NCBI RefSeq assembly: GCF_009914755.1
Contig: NC_060937.1
Origin: the human T2T-CHM13v2.0 reference genome, Homo sapiens
Length of the DNA stretch: 64,000 nucleotides
Direction: 5' to 3' (one strand)
The notes under the pieces were generated by a model. The model ran no database searches. It saw only the letters and a program-made list of their open reading frames with translations, and was not told where the DNA came from. Shown here piece after piece: positions 1 to 26,807 of this stretch; the first letter of the stretch is position 1; each line of letters begins with the position of its first letter. The position numbers were made by a program, and so were the translations under genes.

Positions 1-4305
<4,305 letters not shown>

Positions 4306-4627
4306 TCTTCTTTTATATTACGTGTTAACTGAATTCACTGTTGTTCATTCAGAGAATAATTCTTACTTGCTTAAGCTACTGGTTTATGCAAAGAGCAATA
4401 TGATAAAATGGAAGGGCTCTGATCTGAGATCTGGGGTCCCATCTCAGTTCTGCCATGAATTAACTACAGAATTGCTGGCAAGGTACTCTCCCTGGGCCTC
4501 AAATTTCCACACCTATAAAATGAAAGTGTTTGGGAAAAAGATATTTTTCTTTCTCAGTTTTGAAATTCTATGCTTCATGCTTCATAATTCCGGACTCTTC
4601 TTATCTTGGCCTTCACTGCCAAGTTAG

Positions 4628-8380
<3,753 letters not shown>

Positions 8381-8594
8381 AGAGTATGGTATAAGGAGGC
8401 CAGAATATTACTTTTATTATGAACAAAGCTGATTTGGGAGAATGCAGCTTATCTCTACTTGCAGGCAGACGGCCATCTTAATTCTATACCCCAGAATTAA
8501 ACAGTTCTTCAGCCACTCATAGACAGGTCTCCTGCAGGGAAGGAAAATTATCAACTGACATATAGTCTGATTAAATGCTTGTCTTTTATACCTG

Positions 8595-8995
8595 CTATTG
8601 TTTGAGTGTGTCTCCTCCAAAACTTAGGTGTTGCTAATGTGATTGATGGTATTAAGAGGTGGGGCCTTTAAAAGGTGGTTAGGCCACAAGGGCTCCTGTC
8701 TTGTGAATGGGATTAGGTGCCATAAAACGGCTTGACAGTGAGATTTCATCCCCTTCTGTCCTTCTGCCTTCTGTTCCATGAGGACACAGCATTCCTCCCC
8801 CACTCCTCAAGATGCAACAGTCAAGCCGCCAACTTGGAAGCAGAGAGACCAGACCCTCACCAGATAACTGAACCTGCTAGTGCCTTCATCTTGGATTTCC
8901 TGACTTCCAGACTTGTGAGGAAACAAATTCCCATTCTTTATAAATTACCCAGTCTGTGGTATTCTGTTATAGCAGCTTAAAACAGACTAACACAA
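8595..8995 (+). mobile_element. MaLR solo LTR (MST-like)
   Basis: GGTATTAAGAGGTGGGGCCTTTA near the start and TTTATAAATTACCCAGTCTGTGGTATTCTGTTATAGCAGC...AACAGACTAACACA at the end are typical of MST LTRs. Confidence 0.8.
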
Positions 8996-10170
8996 TGCCC
9001 TCAACCCACCTCTCTGCCTTGGCACCCATCACACTGTGTAGCAACAAATCTTGGCCTGTCTCTTCCCTATGAGTATGTTGCCTTCATCCATTCTTCCACT
9101 CACTCAACTGGTTTTACTGAGTGCCTATTTTGGGCCTAGCAATAGCTAGGTCTTACATTCAGGACCTCAAGAAGGGACAGAAACTCACACAACCTCAACC
9201 CTTAAGGAGATCAGCACAGAAAATACCGTAAAGGAGACAGAGTGTAGTATTAGACAATAACAAGGGCAGAGTGACTTAACAAAGCAGGAGGAGAAGACTT
9301 TCTTGGGAAATCACATTTTTGATGACACCTCAAGGTCAACGAGTACTTCAGTATACTATACTCTGGTGTCTAGTAGAGGCATAGCACGTAACAGAGCTCA
9401 GTAAATGCTTAACAAATTAATGAATGAGTGATATATGTGAAAACACTTTATATGCAGTCGAAGTACCACACAGATGTTAGCTATCATCATTTAGTTAATA
9501 TGGAGAGATCTACTTTTATTCAGTTCTCTGGAACACTCAAAAAGATATTACAGCATACAACAGAGAAAACTCATTAAGAGTGTCTACTTATTTGGACATA
9601 CCCAGAGTCCTGTCTTCCTAGGAGAGTGCTTGAAGCTATTAGGTGTAGGACTGAATACAGAGAAATCAGAGAACCAATCATCCCATTTCAATGTTTGACC
9701 AATCCCATTTTCCTCCATGCAAAAGCAAGAGTTCACAAAATTGAATTTTAAAATAGTGATACAATGACTTTAAAGATATTGGAAAATGAGGGAAATACAT
9801 AATAAAGATTAAGTATTCTATTTCACTGATGGAAGGTAATGTTAACTAGATCTGAAAATGTAAAAGCAGCAAGCTGCCATTCCCAAATTGATAGTGGACA
9901 GTGAAGAAAATGGCTCACTTTGTATCCATTGTGGCATTGGAGTTCTGACAAGCATGTGGAATGAGACGGATAGTATTTCTGAAGCATGTAGTATGTATTA
10001 ATACATTACCTCATTCAATTCTAACACTTAGAAATCCTGTGAGATGGAAATTATGCCCATCATTTACGAAGGAGGAAACAAGCTGAAAGATTGTTATGTT
10101 GACATGGCAGGGATTTGAACTGAAGTTTCTGACTCCAAAGCAGAGAAGAGAACAGAAAAAAAGCAGATAA

Positions 10171-10350
<180 letters not shown>

Positions 10351-10900
10351 TAGCTGAGACTACAGGTGCGCGCCACCATGCCCAGCTAATTTTTTATTTT
10401 TCTTCTATGAAATGTATGAAATGCTATGGCATTTGCCCACTATGTTTTTGGGTTGTTTGTCTTCTACTTGATTTTTTTTTTTTTTTTTGAGATGGAGTTT
10501 TGCTCTTGTCACCTCAGCCTCCCAAAGTGCTGGGATTACAGGCATGAGCCACCGCACCCAGCCCTTCTACTTGATTTTTAGGAGTTTGTTTGTTTGTTTT
10601 GGACAGAAGCTTTTTAATGCACTATTTTTTTCTCCAGGCAAAGGACCTTCAGAAAACATCCATCCATAGATTTATAAATGGTACTTTTGGCTACAGGAGT
10701 TCTTTATATTTTCTGTATACTAACCATTTAGTGATTATATGTGAACATTTCTCTTCTCCAAGTTTGATGCTTATCTTTTCACTCCTGGTTTTGCCTTTCT
10801 GATTAAAAGTTCTAAATTTTAACGTAGTCAAATTTATTCATCTTTTCTTTAGAGATTGTGCTTTTGATATCTTAAATCCTTGCCTACACCAGAGCCATAA

Positions 10901-11053
<153 letters not shown>

Positions 11054-11409
11054 TGAATAACTGGGATTACAGGTGCACACTACCATGTCTGGCTAATTTT
11101 TTGTATTTTTAGTAGAGACAGGGTTTCACCATGTTGGCTAGGCTGGTCTTGAACTCCTGACCTCAAATGATCCGCCCACCTTGGCCTCCCAAAGTGCTGG
11201 GATTACAGGCATGAGCCACTGCACTCAGCCTGCTTCAAATATTTTAAATTTTGTTTCTCATTTAAATCATAAATCCAACGGAATTGGATTTTTTTGTATG
11301 TATGGTATGAAGCAGAGAATCCATTTTTTCCTCCTCCGTATGGATAACCAATTGTCTTTGCACCATTTATTGAATAGCCACCCTTTTCCCATTGATCTAC
11401 AATGCCACC

Positions 11410-12165
11410 TATCTTAGTCCATTTTCTGTTGCTTATAACAGAATACCCGAAACTGGGTAATTTATAAAGAAAAAGAATTTATTTCTTAGTTATAGAAGCT
11501 GAGATGTCAAGGTCAAAGGGCCATGTCTGGTGGGAGCCTCCTTGCTGGTGGGGACTCTCTACCAAGTTCTGAAGTAGCTGAGCGTGCTCACATGCTATGC
11601 TAAAGATTCTCCCTCTTATAAAGCCACTGGTGCCCTCCCATGACAGTCCATTAATTCATTAATCCATGAGTGGATTAATACATTGAGGGCAGAGCCCTCA
11701 TGATTCAATCAACTCTTAAAGGCCCCACCTCTCAATGCTGCCACATTGGGGATTAAGGGTCAACACGAGTTTTGGAGGGCACGTTCAAACCTGATATGGT
11801 TTGGCTGTGTCCCCATCCAAATCTCATCTTGAATTGTAGCTCCCATAATCTCCACATGTCATGTGAGGGACCCGATGGGAGGTAACTGAATCATGGGGGT
11901 GGGTTTTTCCCATGCTATTCTTGTGACAGTGAATAAGACTTACGAGATCTGATGGTTTTATAAAGGGCAGTTCCCTGCACACACTCTCTTGCCTGCTACC
12001 ATGTAAGATGTGCCTTTGCTTCTCCTTCATCTTCCGCCATGATTGTGAGGCCTCCCCAGCCATGTGGAACTGTGAGTCCATTAAACCTCTTTTTCTTTAT
12101 AAATTACCCAGTCTTGGATATTTCTTCAGAGCAGTATGAAAATGGACTAATACAAACCCATAGCA
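11410..12165 (-). mobile_element. MST-type MaLR LTR interrupted near one end by a THE1 LTR
   Basis: TCTTAGTCCATTTTCTGTTGCTTATAACAGAATACCCGAAACTGGGTAATTTATAAAG start; host end ...TTCAAACC / ATAGCA is split by the THE1 insert. Confidence 0.75.
11792..12154 (+). mobile_element. THE1(B-like) solo LTR
   Basis: TGATATGGTTTGGCTGTGTCCCC...GGACTAATACA termini, 363 bp; near-perfect 5-bp TSD AAACC/AACCC. Confidence 0.9.
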
Positions 12166-12855
12166 CTGATTTTGTCACATATCAAATTTCCATATAATAA
12201 TGTTCTATTTCTGTGTTCTCTATTCTGTTCCATCAGTCCATTTAACTATCTGTGTGTATCATGTCTAATTATTATAGCTTTATAATAAGTCTTGATAGCT
12301 TACAAGTTAGGGCAACTCCCTCACCTTGTCCTCTTTTTCGAGAGTATTTTGGTTCTTCTTGGTTCTTTGCTTCTCCCTATGATTTTACAATACATTTATG
12401 ACATTCCATGACAAATCCTATTGGTGCTGGGTGTGGTGGCTCACGCCTGTAATCCCAGCACTTTGGGAAGCCGAGGCGGATGGATCACCTGAGATCAGGA
12501 GTTCAAGACCAGCCTGACCAACATGGTGAAACCCTGCCTCTACTAATAGTACAAAATTAGCCAGGCATGGTGGCACGTACCTGTAATCCAGCTACTTGGG
12601 AGGCTGAGGCAGGAGAATCACTTCAACTCAGGAGGCGGAGGTTGCAGTGAGACGAGCTTGTGCTATTGCACTCCAGCCTGGGCAACAAGAGCAAAACGCC
12701 ATCTCAAAAAAGAAAAAACATCCTGTTGGAATTTTGTATGGAACTGCATTAAATCTAGAGATTAATATGGAAAAAAGTAACATCTTCATGATATTGAGCC
12801 TCTATTCTAGAACTTATTTACCCAATTAAATCTCTTTATTATTATTAATTTTTGA

Positions 12856-13038
<183 letters not shown>

Positions 13039-13197
13039 TAACCCGTCTGGTCTTGAACTCCTGACCTCAGGTGATCTGCCGGCCTCGGCTTCCCAAAGTG
13101 TTGGGATTACAGGCTTGAGCCACCGTGCCCAGCCTAAATCTCTTTATTTATTTTTATTACTAACCTGTTTCATTAAAGTTTTAAAACTTCTTCATAA

Positions 13198-13557
<360 letters not shown>

Positions 13558-13799
13558 TGAGCCACTGCACCCAGCCTGTTCTTGCATATATTTTATTAAG
13601 ATTTTATTTATTTATATTTTTGATACTACTGTAAATGTTAACTTTTTATAAATTACATTTTTACCTGTTTGTTGCTGGCATACAGAAATGCAACTGCAGA
13701 AGTGCCAAATAAATTGTTAATTCTTATGATTTAGCTATAGATATTCTTTTGTTTTCTATGTAATCTAGTCTCTAATTAGGTTTGTCTCTTTCTTCCTTT

Positions 13800-14325
13800 A
13801 TTAGCTATCTACTGGTGTATAATGAATTACCTCACACTTAGTGGCTTAAAACATGTACTTATTAACTCACAGTTTCTGTTGGTCTCCTGCTCAGGGTCTC
13901 ACAAGGCTGTAATCAAGGTGACAGCCAGACTGTGGTCCTTTTTAAAATGTAGTGTCCTCTTCTAAGTTCAGGTGGTTGTTGGCAGGATTCAGCTATCTGA
14001 GGCTGTAGGATGGAGTCCCTGCATTGTTCTGGCTGTCAGCTGGGGGTTTCCATCAGCTCCTAGTGGTCCCCAAGGTTTCTTGACAGGTGGCTCATTCACA
14101 GGCCTTTTTACAACATGATAGTGCACTCTAGTCCGCTAACAAGGAGTCTTCTGTAACATCACATAATCACAAGAGTAACTATTCCATTACTTTTGCCATA
14201 TAATATGAACCAGTCAAAGGAGTGACTACCCCATCACCTTAGCCATATTCTATCGTTGAAAGCAAGTCTCAGGTCTCATCCACACTCAAAGAGAGGTTGT
14301 GATTTACTTGGGGTTACTATAGGGT
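13800..14325 (-). mobile_element. MLT1-type MaLR LTR
   Basis: ACTTAGTGGCTTAAAACA...CTCACAGTTTCTG...CAGGGTCTCACAAGGCTGTAATCAAGGTG motifs recalled from MLT1 LTRs; ends uncertain. Confidence 0.65.
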
Positions 14326-15875
14326 GGATTTCCAATCCTAATCACCTTTTTTCTTGCTATTCTGCATAGGCTAGGCCCCCAGTACAATGCTGAAATCATG
14401 ATAGTGATTATCCTGTTCTTGTTTATAATCTTAAAGGAAATCATTTCGTAATTCAGCATAAAGTAAGATATTTGTTGTAGGCTTTTTGTAAATGCCACTT
14501 ATTAGGTTAAAAAAGTTCTCTACTCCAAGCTTTCTAAAATTTATTTTAAAAAAATTATCAATGGCTGCCAAGGTTTACCAAACCTTTTTTCCTGCATCTT
14601 TTGAGATATGATCTTTTTCCTCCATTGTTAAACTGCCCTGATATTCTGGAACAAACTCAGCTTGATAATGATTTCTAGTCATTGCTGAATTTGCTTTACT
14701 ATCTTCCTTTGGATTTTTCAAATTTGTCTTCATGATTAATTGTAGAGTGCTTCCTCTTTTTCTATGTTTTGGAATAATTTATATAAAATTGGAATTATTT
14801 TTTTCCTGGATGTTCAGTAGAACGTTCCTGAAAACTTCTCTGGGTTTAGTGTTTGTTTTCTGGGAAGATTTTAAAATATCCATCAAATTTCTTTAATGAT
14901 TGTTCCATTTTTCCTTTAAAATTATTTTTGCTAACATAGTTTTGAGTAATTTGCCCATGAAATTTTGAAATTTATTGCCACGAAATTGTTCATAATAGCT
15001 TCTTGAAAAATAAATCTTAATTTTTACATCAATAGTTATTCACATTTTAAAGTTTTTTTTAAAAAATGATTTCCTCAGATACGGGGTCTTGCTCTGTCAC
15101 TCAGGATGGGGTACAGTGGCACGATCATAGCTCACTGCAGCCTCCAACTCCTAGGCTTAGGCAATCCTTCCATTTCCCTCCCAAGTCACAAGGATTACAA
15201 TGTGAGCAACTGTACCCAGCTTTTTTAAAAAATAAATCTGGACAGAAATGCATTTGTTTTTTTAAAAATGAATCCGTGTTTGACTTTATGGATCCTATTA
15301 TACTATTTCTATTAACTTCTGCCTTTACCTTAGACATTTCATTCTATTTCCCTTTAAGATTTACTCTTATTAGATCTCCTAATCACCCCATCTCAGTTTT
15401 CTGTTTATATTGTGTTAATATTCCATTTGTAATGTGAAGCTAGTAGGATGTTCCTTTTTGGGGGGTTAATGGGAGTTCATCTTGACATCATAAAAGTGTA
15501 AAAATCAAAACCAAATAAGCATATATTTCATGTAGGCCAGGCATGGTGGCTCACACCTGTAATCTCAACACTTTGTGGGGCTGAGCAGGAGGATAGCTTG
15601 AGCCCAGGAGCTCAAGGCCAGCCTGGACAACATGGTGAGACTACAAACGAAAACATTATTAGCTATGCATGGTGGTGTGAGCCTGTGGTCCCAACTACAT
15701 GGGAGGCTGCAGTGGGAGGATCACTTGAGCCCAGGTCAAGGCGGCAGTGAGCCATGTGCCACTGCACTCCAGCCTGGGCAAGACTCTGTCTCAAAAAAAA
15801 ACCACCACCAACAACAACAGAACAGATTTAAAAAAAAAAAAAAAAACACCACTTGTTCCTTTTCTTATATCTTAA

Positions 15876-16121
<246 letters not shown>

Positions 16122-17454
16122 TGAACTCCTGATTTCAGGTGATCTGCCTGCCTCGGCCTTCCAAAGTGCTGGGATTACAGGCGTGAGCCACCGCGCCTGG
16201 CCTGAATATTTTTTTCACTGGCCTATGAATAAGTTAAAAGGGTTTTAAAATTTCTCAACATAGGGAGTTTTCCTGATTAGCGTTCAGTTACTGGTCTCTA
16301 ACTTACTTGCAATGTAATTGGAAAACATGTTCTACATTCCATTGAAATGTGTCTAGATATGCTTTATGACTAAGTTTATGATTGATTTATCAACATGTGT
16401 GCTTGAAATAAATGTATTTGCAGCTATTTAGATCACTGTGTAATGGTCTACAAATTTCCATTAGGTCAAGATAATTAGGTATAGCAAAGCTTCTGTTTGT
16501 CTGCTGAGTTCATCAATTATTACGTTAAAATATTTTATCATAATGGTATATTTATTTGTATTTCTATCAGCTTTTGCCTTGTATATTTTGAGTCATGTTA
16601 TTAGGTATGTACAACTTTGTATTTTTCTGATAAACAGAATTTTTTTAAGTTTCTAATGTCTTTCAGACTATTTTTTTCCTGATATTAATATAGCTATACC
16701 AGCTTACCTTTTACTTTCAACCTTTCTGTATTCTTGCTTTACATATAACTCCAGTAAATAGTGTTATCACTTGACATTTAAAAAAACCCAGCCAGGTGCA
16801 GTGGCTCACACCTGTAATTCCAGCACTTTGGGAGGCCGAGGCAGGTGGATTACTGGAGGTCAGGAGTTCATGACCAGCCTGGCCAACAAGGTGAAATCCC
16901 TTCTCTAATAAAAATAAAAAATTAGCCAGGCGTGGTGGTGTGTGCCTGTAATCCCAACTACTCGGGAGGCTGAGGCAGAAGAATTGCTGGAACCTGGGAG
17001 GCGGAGGTTGTGATGAGCCTAGATCGTGTCACTGCACTCTGGCCTGGGCAAAAAGAGCGAAGCTGTCTCAATAAATAAATAAAAATATAAATAAATAAAT
17101 AAATAATCCACTTGGACATATTCTACTGTCATGTATTTTAATTAATTCCATATGGTATGACTGTTTTATTAGTGCTTAGAATTAAAATATATATTCACTA
17201 CTTTTTTTTTTAATAGCAGACAGCTTATTGAAGGGCAATAGAGAGCAGAGAGTTTATAAAGACATACTCTGAACACTGAGGCAGAGCACACTGCTGAAAG
17301 AGAGTGAGCCAGCAGCATACTCACTGCTTTATTCATCTGCCATTTTCTTCTTGCATCTCAGGCCTTAAATTTAAAATCATTTCTCTTCTGCCTGACGTAC
17401 AACTTTAGGAGTCTTTTAATGAAAGTTTGCTGGTAGCCAACTGTTTTTGTTTGA

Positions 17455-17947
<493 letters not shown>

Positions 17948-18155
17948 TGATTAACTGTGAATTAGTATCTTTCATGAATTGTAAAAAACTCTCACCCATT
18001 AACTATTTAGAGGCTAGGCACGGTGGCTCACACCTGTAATCCAGCACTTTGGGAGACTGAGGTGGGTGGATCATCTGAGGTCAGGAGTTCAAGACCAGCC
18101 TGGCCAACATGGCGAAACCCCGTCTCGACTAAAAATACAAAAATTAGCCAGGCAT

Positions 18156-18557
<402 letters not shown>

Positions 18558-18812
18558 TCATGCCACTGCACTCCAGCCTGGGCAACAGAGCGAGGCTCTG
18601 TCTCAATTAAAAAAATGAAAAAAAAAAAACAATTATTTAGAGTTAGCCTCTGACCTATTTTCTCTTTTCTTTCCTATTGGCAATACGATTGTACAAATGT
18701 TACTCTTTTACTTTCCTTTCCTATTTCTTTCCTCTTTGCTTCTCTCTGCTGCATATGGATACTTCTTTACTGCTGTTAAACTCCACTAAATTTTTCTTTT
18801 TTTTTCTTTTCA

Positions 18813-18860
18813 TCCTCTCAACCCAGCTTTTCTCAACTTTGGGAAGAACTGGGACGAGAA
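18813..18860 (-). ncRNA. MIR320D1: miR-320d-1 hairpin; mature miR-320d AAAAGCUGGGUUGAGAGGA at 18831->18813
   Basis: Minus strand reads TTCTCGTCCCAGTTCTTCCCAAAGTTGAGAAAAGCTGGGTTGAGAGGA, containing the miR-320 family mature sequence; the position just 3' of MRPS31 matches the recalled annotation. Confidence 0.9.
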
Positions 18861-19302
18861 GGCCAACATTTTTAATGTTTTTCAAATCTGCTTGGTCACT
18901 TTTAAAGCATCCTGCTCAATATTCATTCTATCTTACACATATTTTATATTCTGACTCTGATAAGCCCAATATTCAGAGGCTTTATGAGTCTGATTCTGTT
19001 CTCGTTTCTGCTGGTACACATTCATGGTTTTGCTTCCTTGTGTGTTTTGTCATTTGAAGGCTGTTGTTATGGTGGATTCCTTCACACGGTTCCTGTTGAC
19101 CTGGAACACTATTAGCTTGGGACCACTGTCAACTAAATCTTGTTTTGAGTTTTTTTAGAATCCTTGAACCTTAAAAAAAATTTAGGCCAGGTGCCATGGC
19201 TCACATCTGTAATCCTAGAGCTTTGGGAGGCCAAGGCAGGCAGATCACTTGAGGTCAGGAGTTCAAAACCAGCCTGGCTAACATGGTGAAACCCCGTCTC
19301 TA

Positions 19303-19464
<162 letters not shown>

Positions 19465-20301
19465 CTAAAAAAGAATAAAAAAAAAAAATTTTTTTTCTTG
19501 AGACAGAGTTGCTCTATCACTCAGGCTAGACCATAGTGGTGTAATCAGAGCTCACTGAAGCCTTAACCTCCTAGGATCAGGGGATGCTCCCACCTCAGGC
19601 CCCTGAAGAGCTGTGACTACAGGTGCATGCTACCACGCCCGGCTAATTTTTTAATTTTTTGTAGAGACAGGGTCTCCCTATGTTGCCCACGCTGGTCTCA
19701 AACTCGTTGGTTTAAGTGATCTTCCTGCCTCGGCCTCTCAAAGTGCTGGGATTATATGCATGAGCCACTGTGCCCAGCCCTCAATCCTTTGAATTGTATG
19801 AAAGTTGAGTCACGCTGCTCAGCAGCATAATGGAAAAGAAATAATTCTAACTTTGGCATGAAGACCTAAAGTACTAGAATGGATTAGAATAAACCCTTTA
19901 TTTCTACAAGATTAATTTCTCTATAGTGACCCAGACTTAGGTGAGGGTAGTTAATTTAGTGTAAAATATATGTATAAATGTAAACAAATAAACGTATGTA
20001 CATATATATCTGTCTATAAATCATCTCAACTCTTATAACATAGTACTGTGATATCATCCAGTAATTGTATTGTATTTCAAAGAAGTATGGTCACCGAGTG
20101 AAAAGAAAAAGGTTAGGAGTTGTTGTCTTAAATGTATTACTAATTCCCAGATATTCTTTTGAACCTATGAATACTGATGATTTTTCTCCATGCAAGAATA
20201 TTTTTCAGTTACCATCATATTTTTGAAAACAATGTAACATTTATACCAGCCAAATCAAATGTAATAATCAACATAACATATACAAACTCTAGTAAAATTA
20301 T

Positions 20302-20307
20302 TTTATT
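20302..20307 (-). terminator. MRPS31: MRPS31 polyadenylation signal AATAAA (cleavage probably near 20280)
   Basis: Plus-strand TTTATT at 20302-20307, about 50 nt after the stop codon, followed on the minus strand by a GU/U-rich tract (TTTGTATATGTTATGTTG). Confidence 0.8.
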
Positions 20308-20356
20308 TAGTTGTAATATCCATCTCTAATTGTTTGAAATAAAAATTTCCATGGTC

Positions 20357-20608
<252 letters not shown>

Positions 20609-20715
20609 TTACATTATAATTTTAAATACAAAACCTACATCATAAAAATAATATTAATGAGGTAATATAATATTACAGTTTAAGGCATGAACTTTGGAGT
20701 TAGACCTAGGTTGCA

Positions 20716-25885
<5,170 letters not shown>

Positions 25886-26046
25886 CCCCAAATAACGCTA
25901 GGCGGGGGAGGAGCCAAGATGGCCGAATAGCAACAGCTCCAGTCTACAGCTCCCAGCCTGAGCGACGCAGAAGACGGGTGATTTCTGCATTTCCATCTGA
26001 GGTACCGGGTTCATCTCACTAGGGAGTGCCAGACAGTGGGCGCAGG

Positions 26047-26352
26047 TCAGTGGGTGCGCGCACCTTGCGCGAGCCGAAAGAGGGTGAGGCATTGCCTCAC
26101 TCGGGAAGCGCAAGGGGTCAGGGAGTTACCTTTCCTAATCAAAGAAAGGGGTGACGGACGGCACCTGGAAAATCGGGTCACTCCCACCCGAATACTGCGC
26201 TTTTCCAACGGGCTTAAAAAACGGCGCACCAGATTATATCCCGCACCTGGCTCGGAGGGTCCTACGCCCACGGAGTCTCGCTGATTGCTAGCACAGCAGT
26301 CTGAGATCAAACTGCAAGGCGGCAGTGAGGCTGCGGGAGGGGCGCCCACCAT
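26047..26352 (-). CDS. LINE-1 antisense ORF0 (101 aa, open)
   Basis: From ATG at 26352: MVGAPPAASLPPCSLISDCCASNQRDSVGVGPSEPGAGYNLVRRFLSPLEKRSIRVGVTRFSRC..., matching the recalled primate L1 ORF0 with an extended C-terminus. Expression not shown. Confidence 0.7.
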   Translation of the reverse strand: MVGAPPAASLPPCSLISDCCASNQRDSVGVGPSEPGAGYNLVRRFLSPLEKRSIRVGVTRFSRCRPSPLSLIRKGNSLTPCASRVRQCLTLFRLAQGARTH

Positions 26353-26807
26353 TGCCCAGGCTTGCTTAGGTAAACAAAGCAGCCAGGAAGCTCGAACTGG
26401 GTGGAGCCCACCACAGCTCAAGGAGGCCTGCCTGCCTCTGTAGGCTCCACCTCTGGGGGCAGGGCGCAGACAAACAAAAAGACAGCAGTAACCTCTGCAG
26501 ACTTAAATGTCCCTGTCTGACAGCTTTGAAGAGAGCAGTGGTTCTCCCAGCACGCAGCTGGAGATCTGAGAACGGGCAGACTGCCTCCTCAAGTGGGTCC
26601 CTGACCCCTGACCCCCGAGCAGCCTAACTGGGAGGCACCCACCAGCAGGGGCAGACTGACACCTCACACTGCAGGGTACTCCAACAGACCTGCAGCTGAG
26701 GGTCCTGTCTGTTAGAAGGAAAACTAACAAACAGAAAGGACATCCACACCAAAAACCCATCTGTACATCACCATCATCAAAGACCAAAAGGAGATAAAAC
26801 CACAAAG

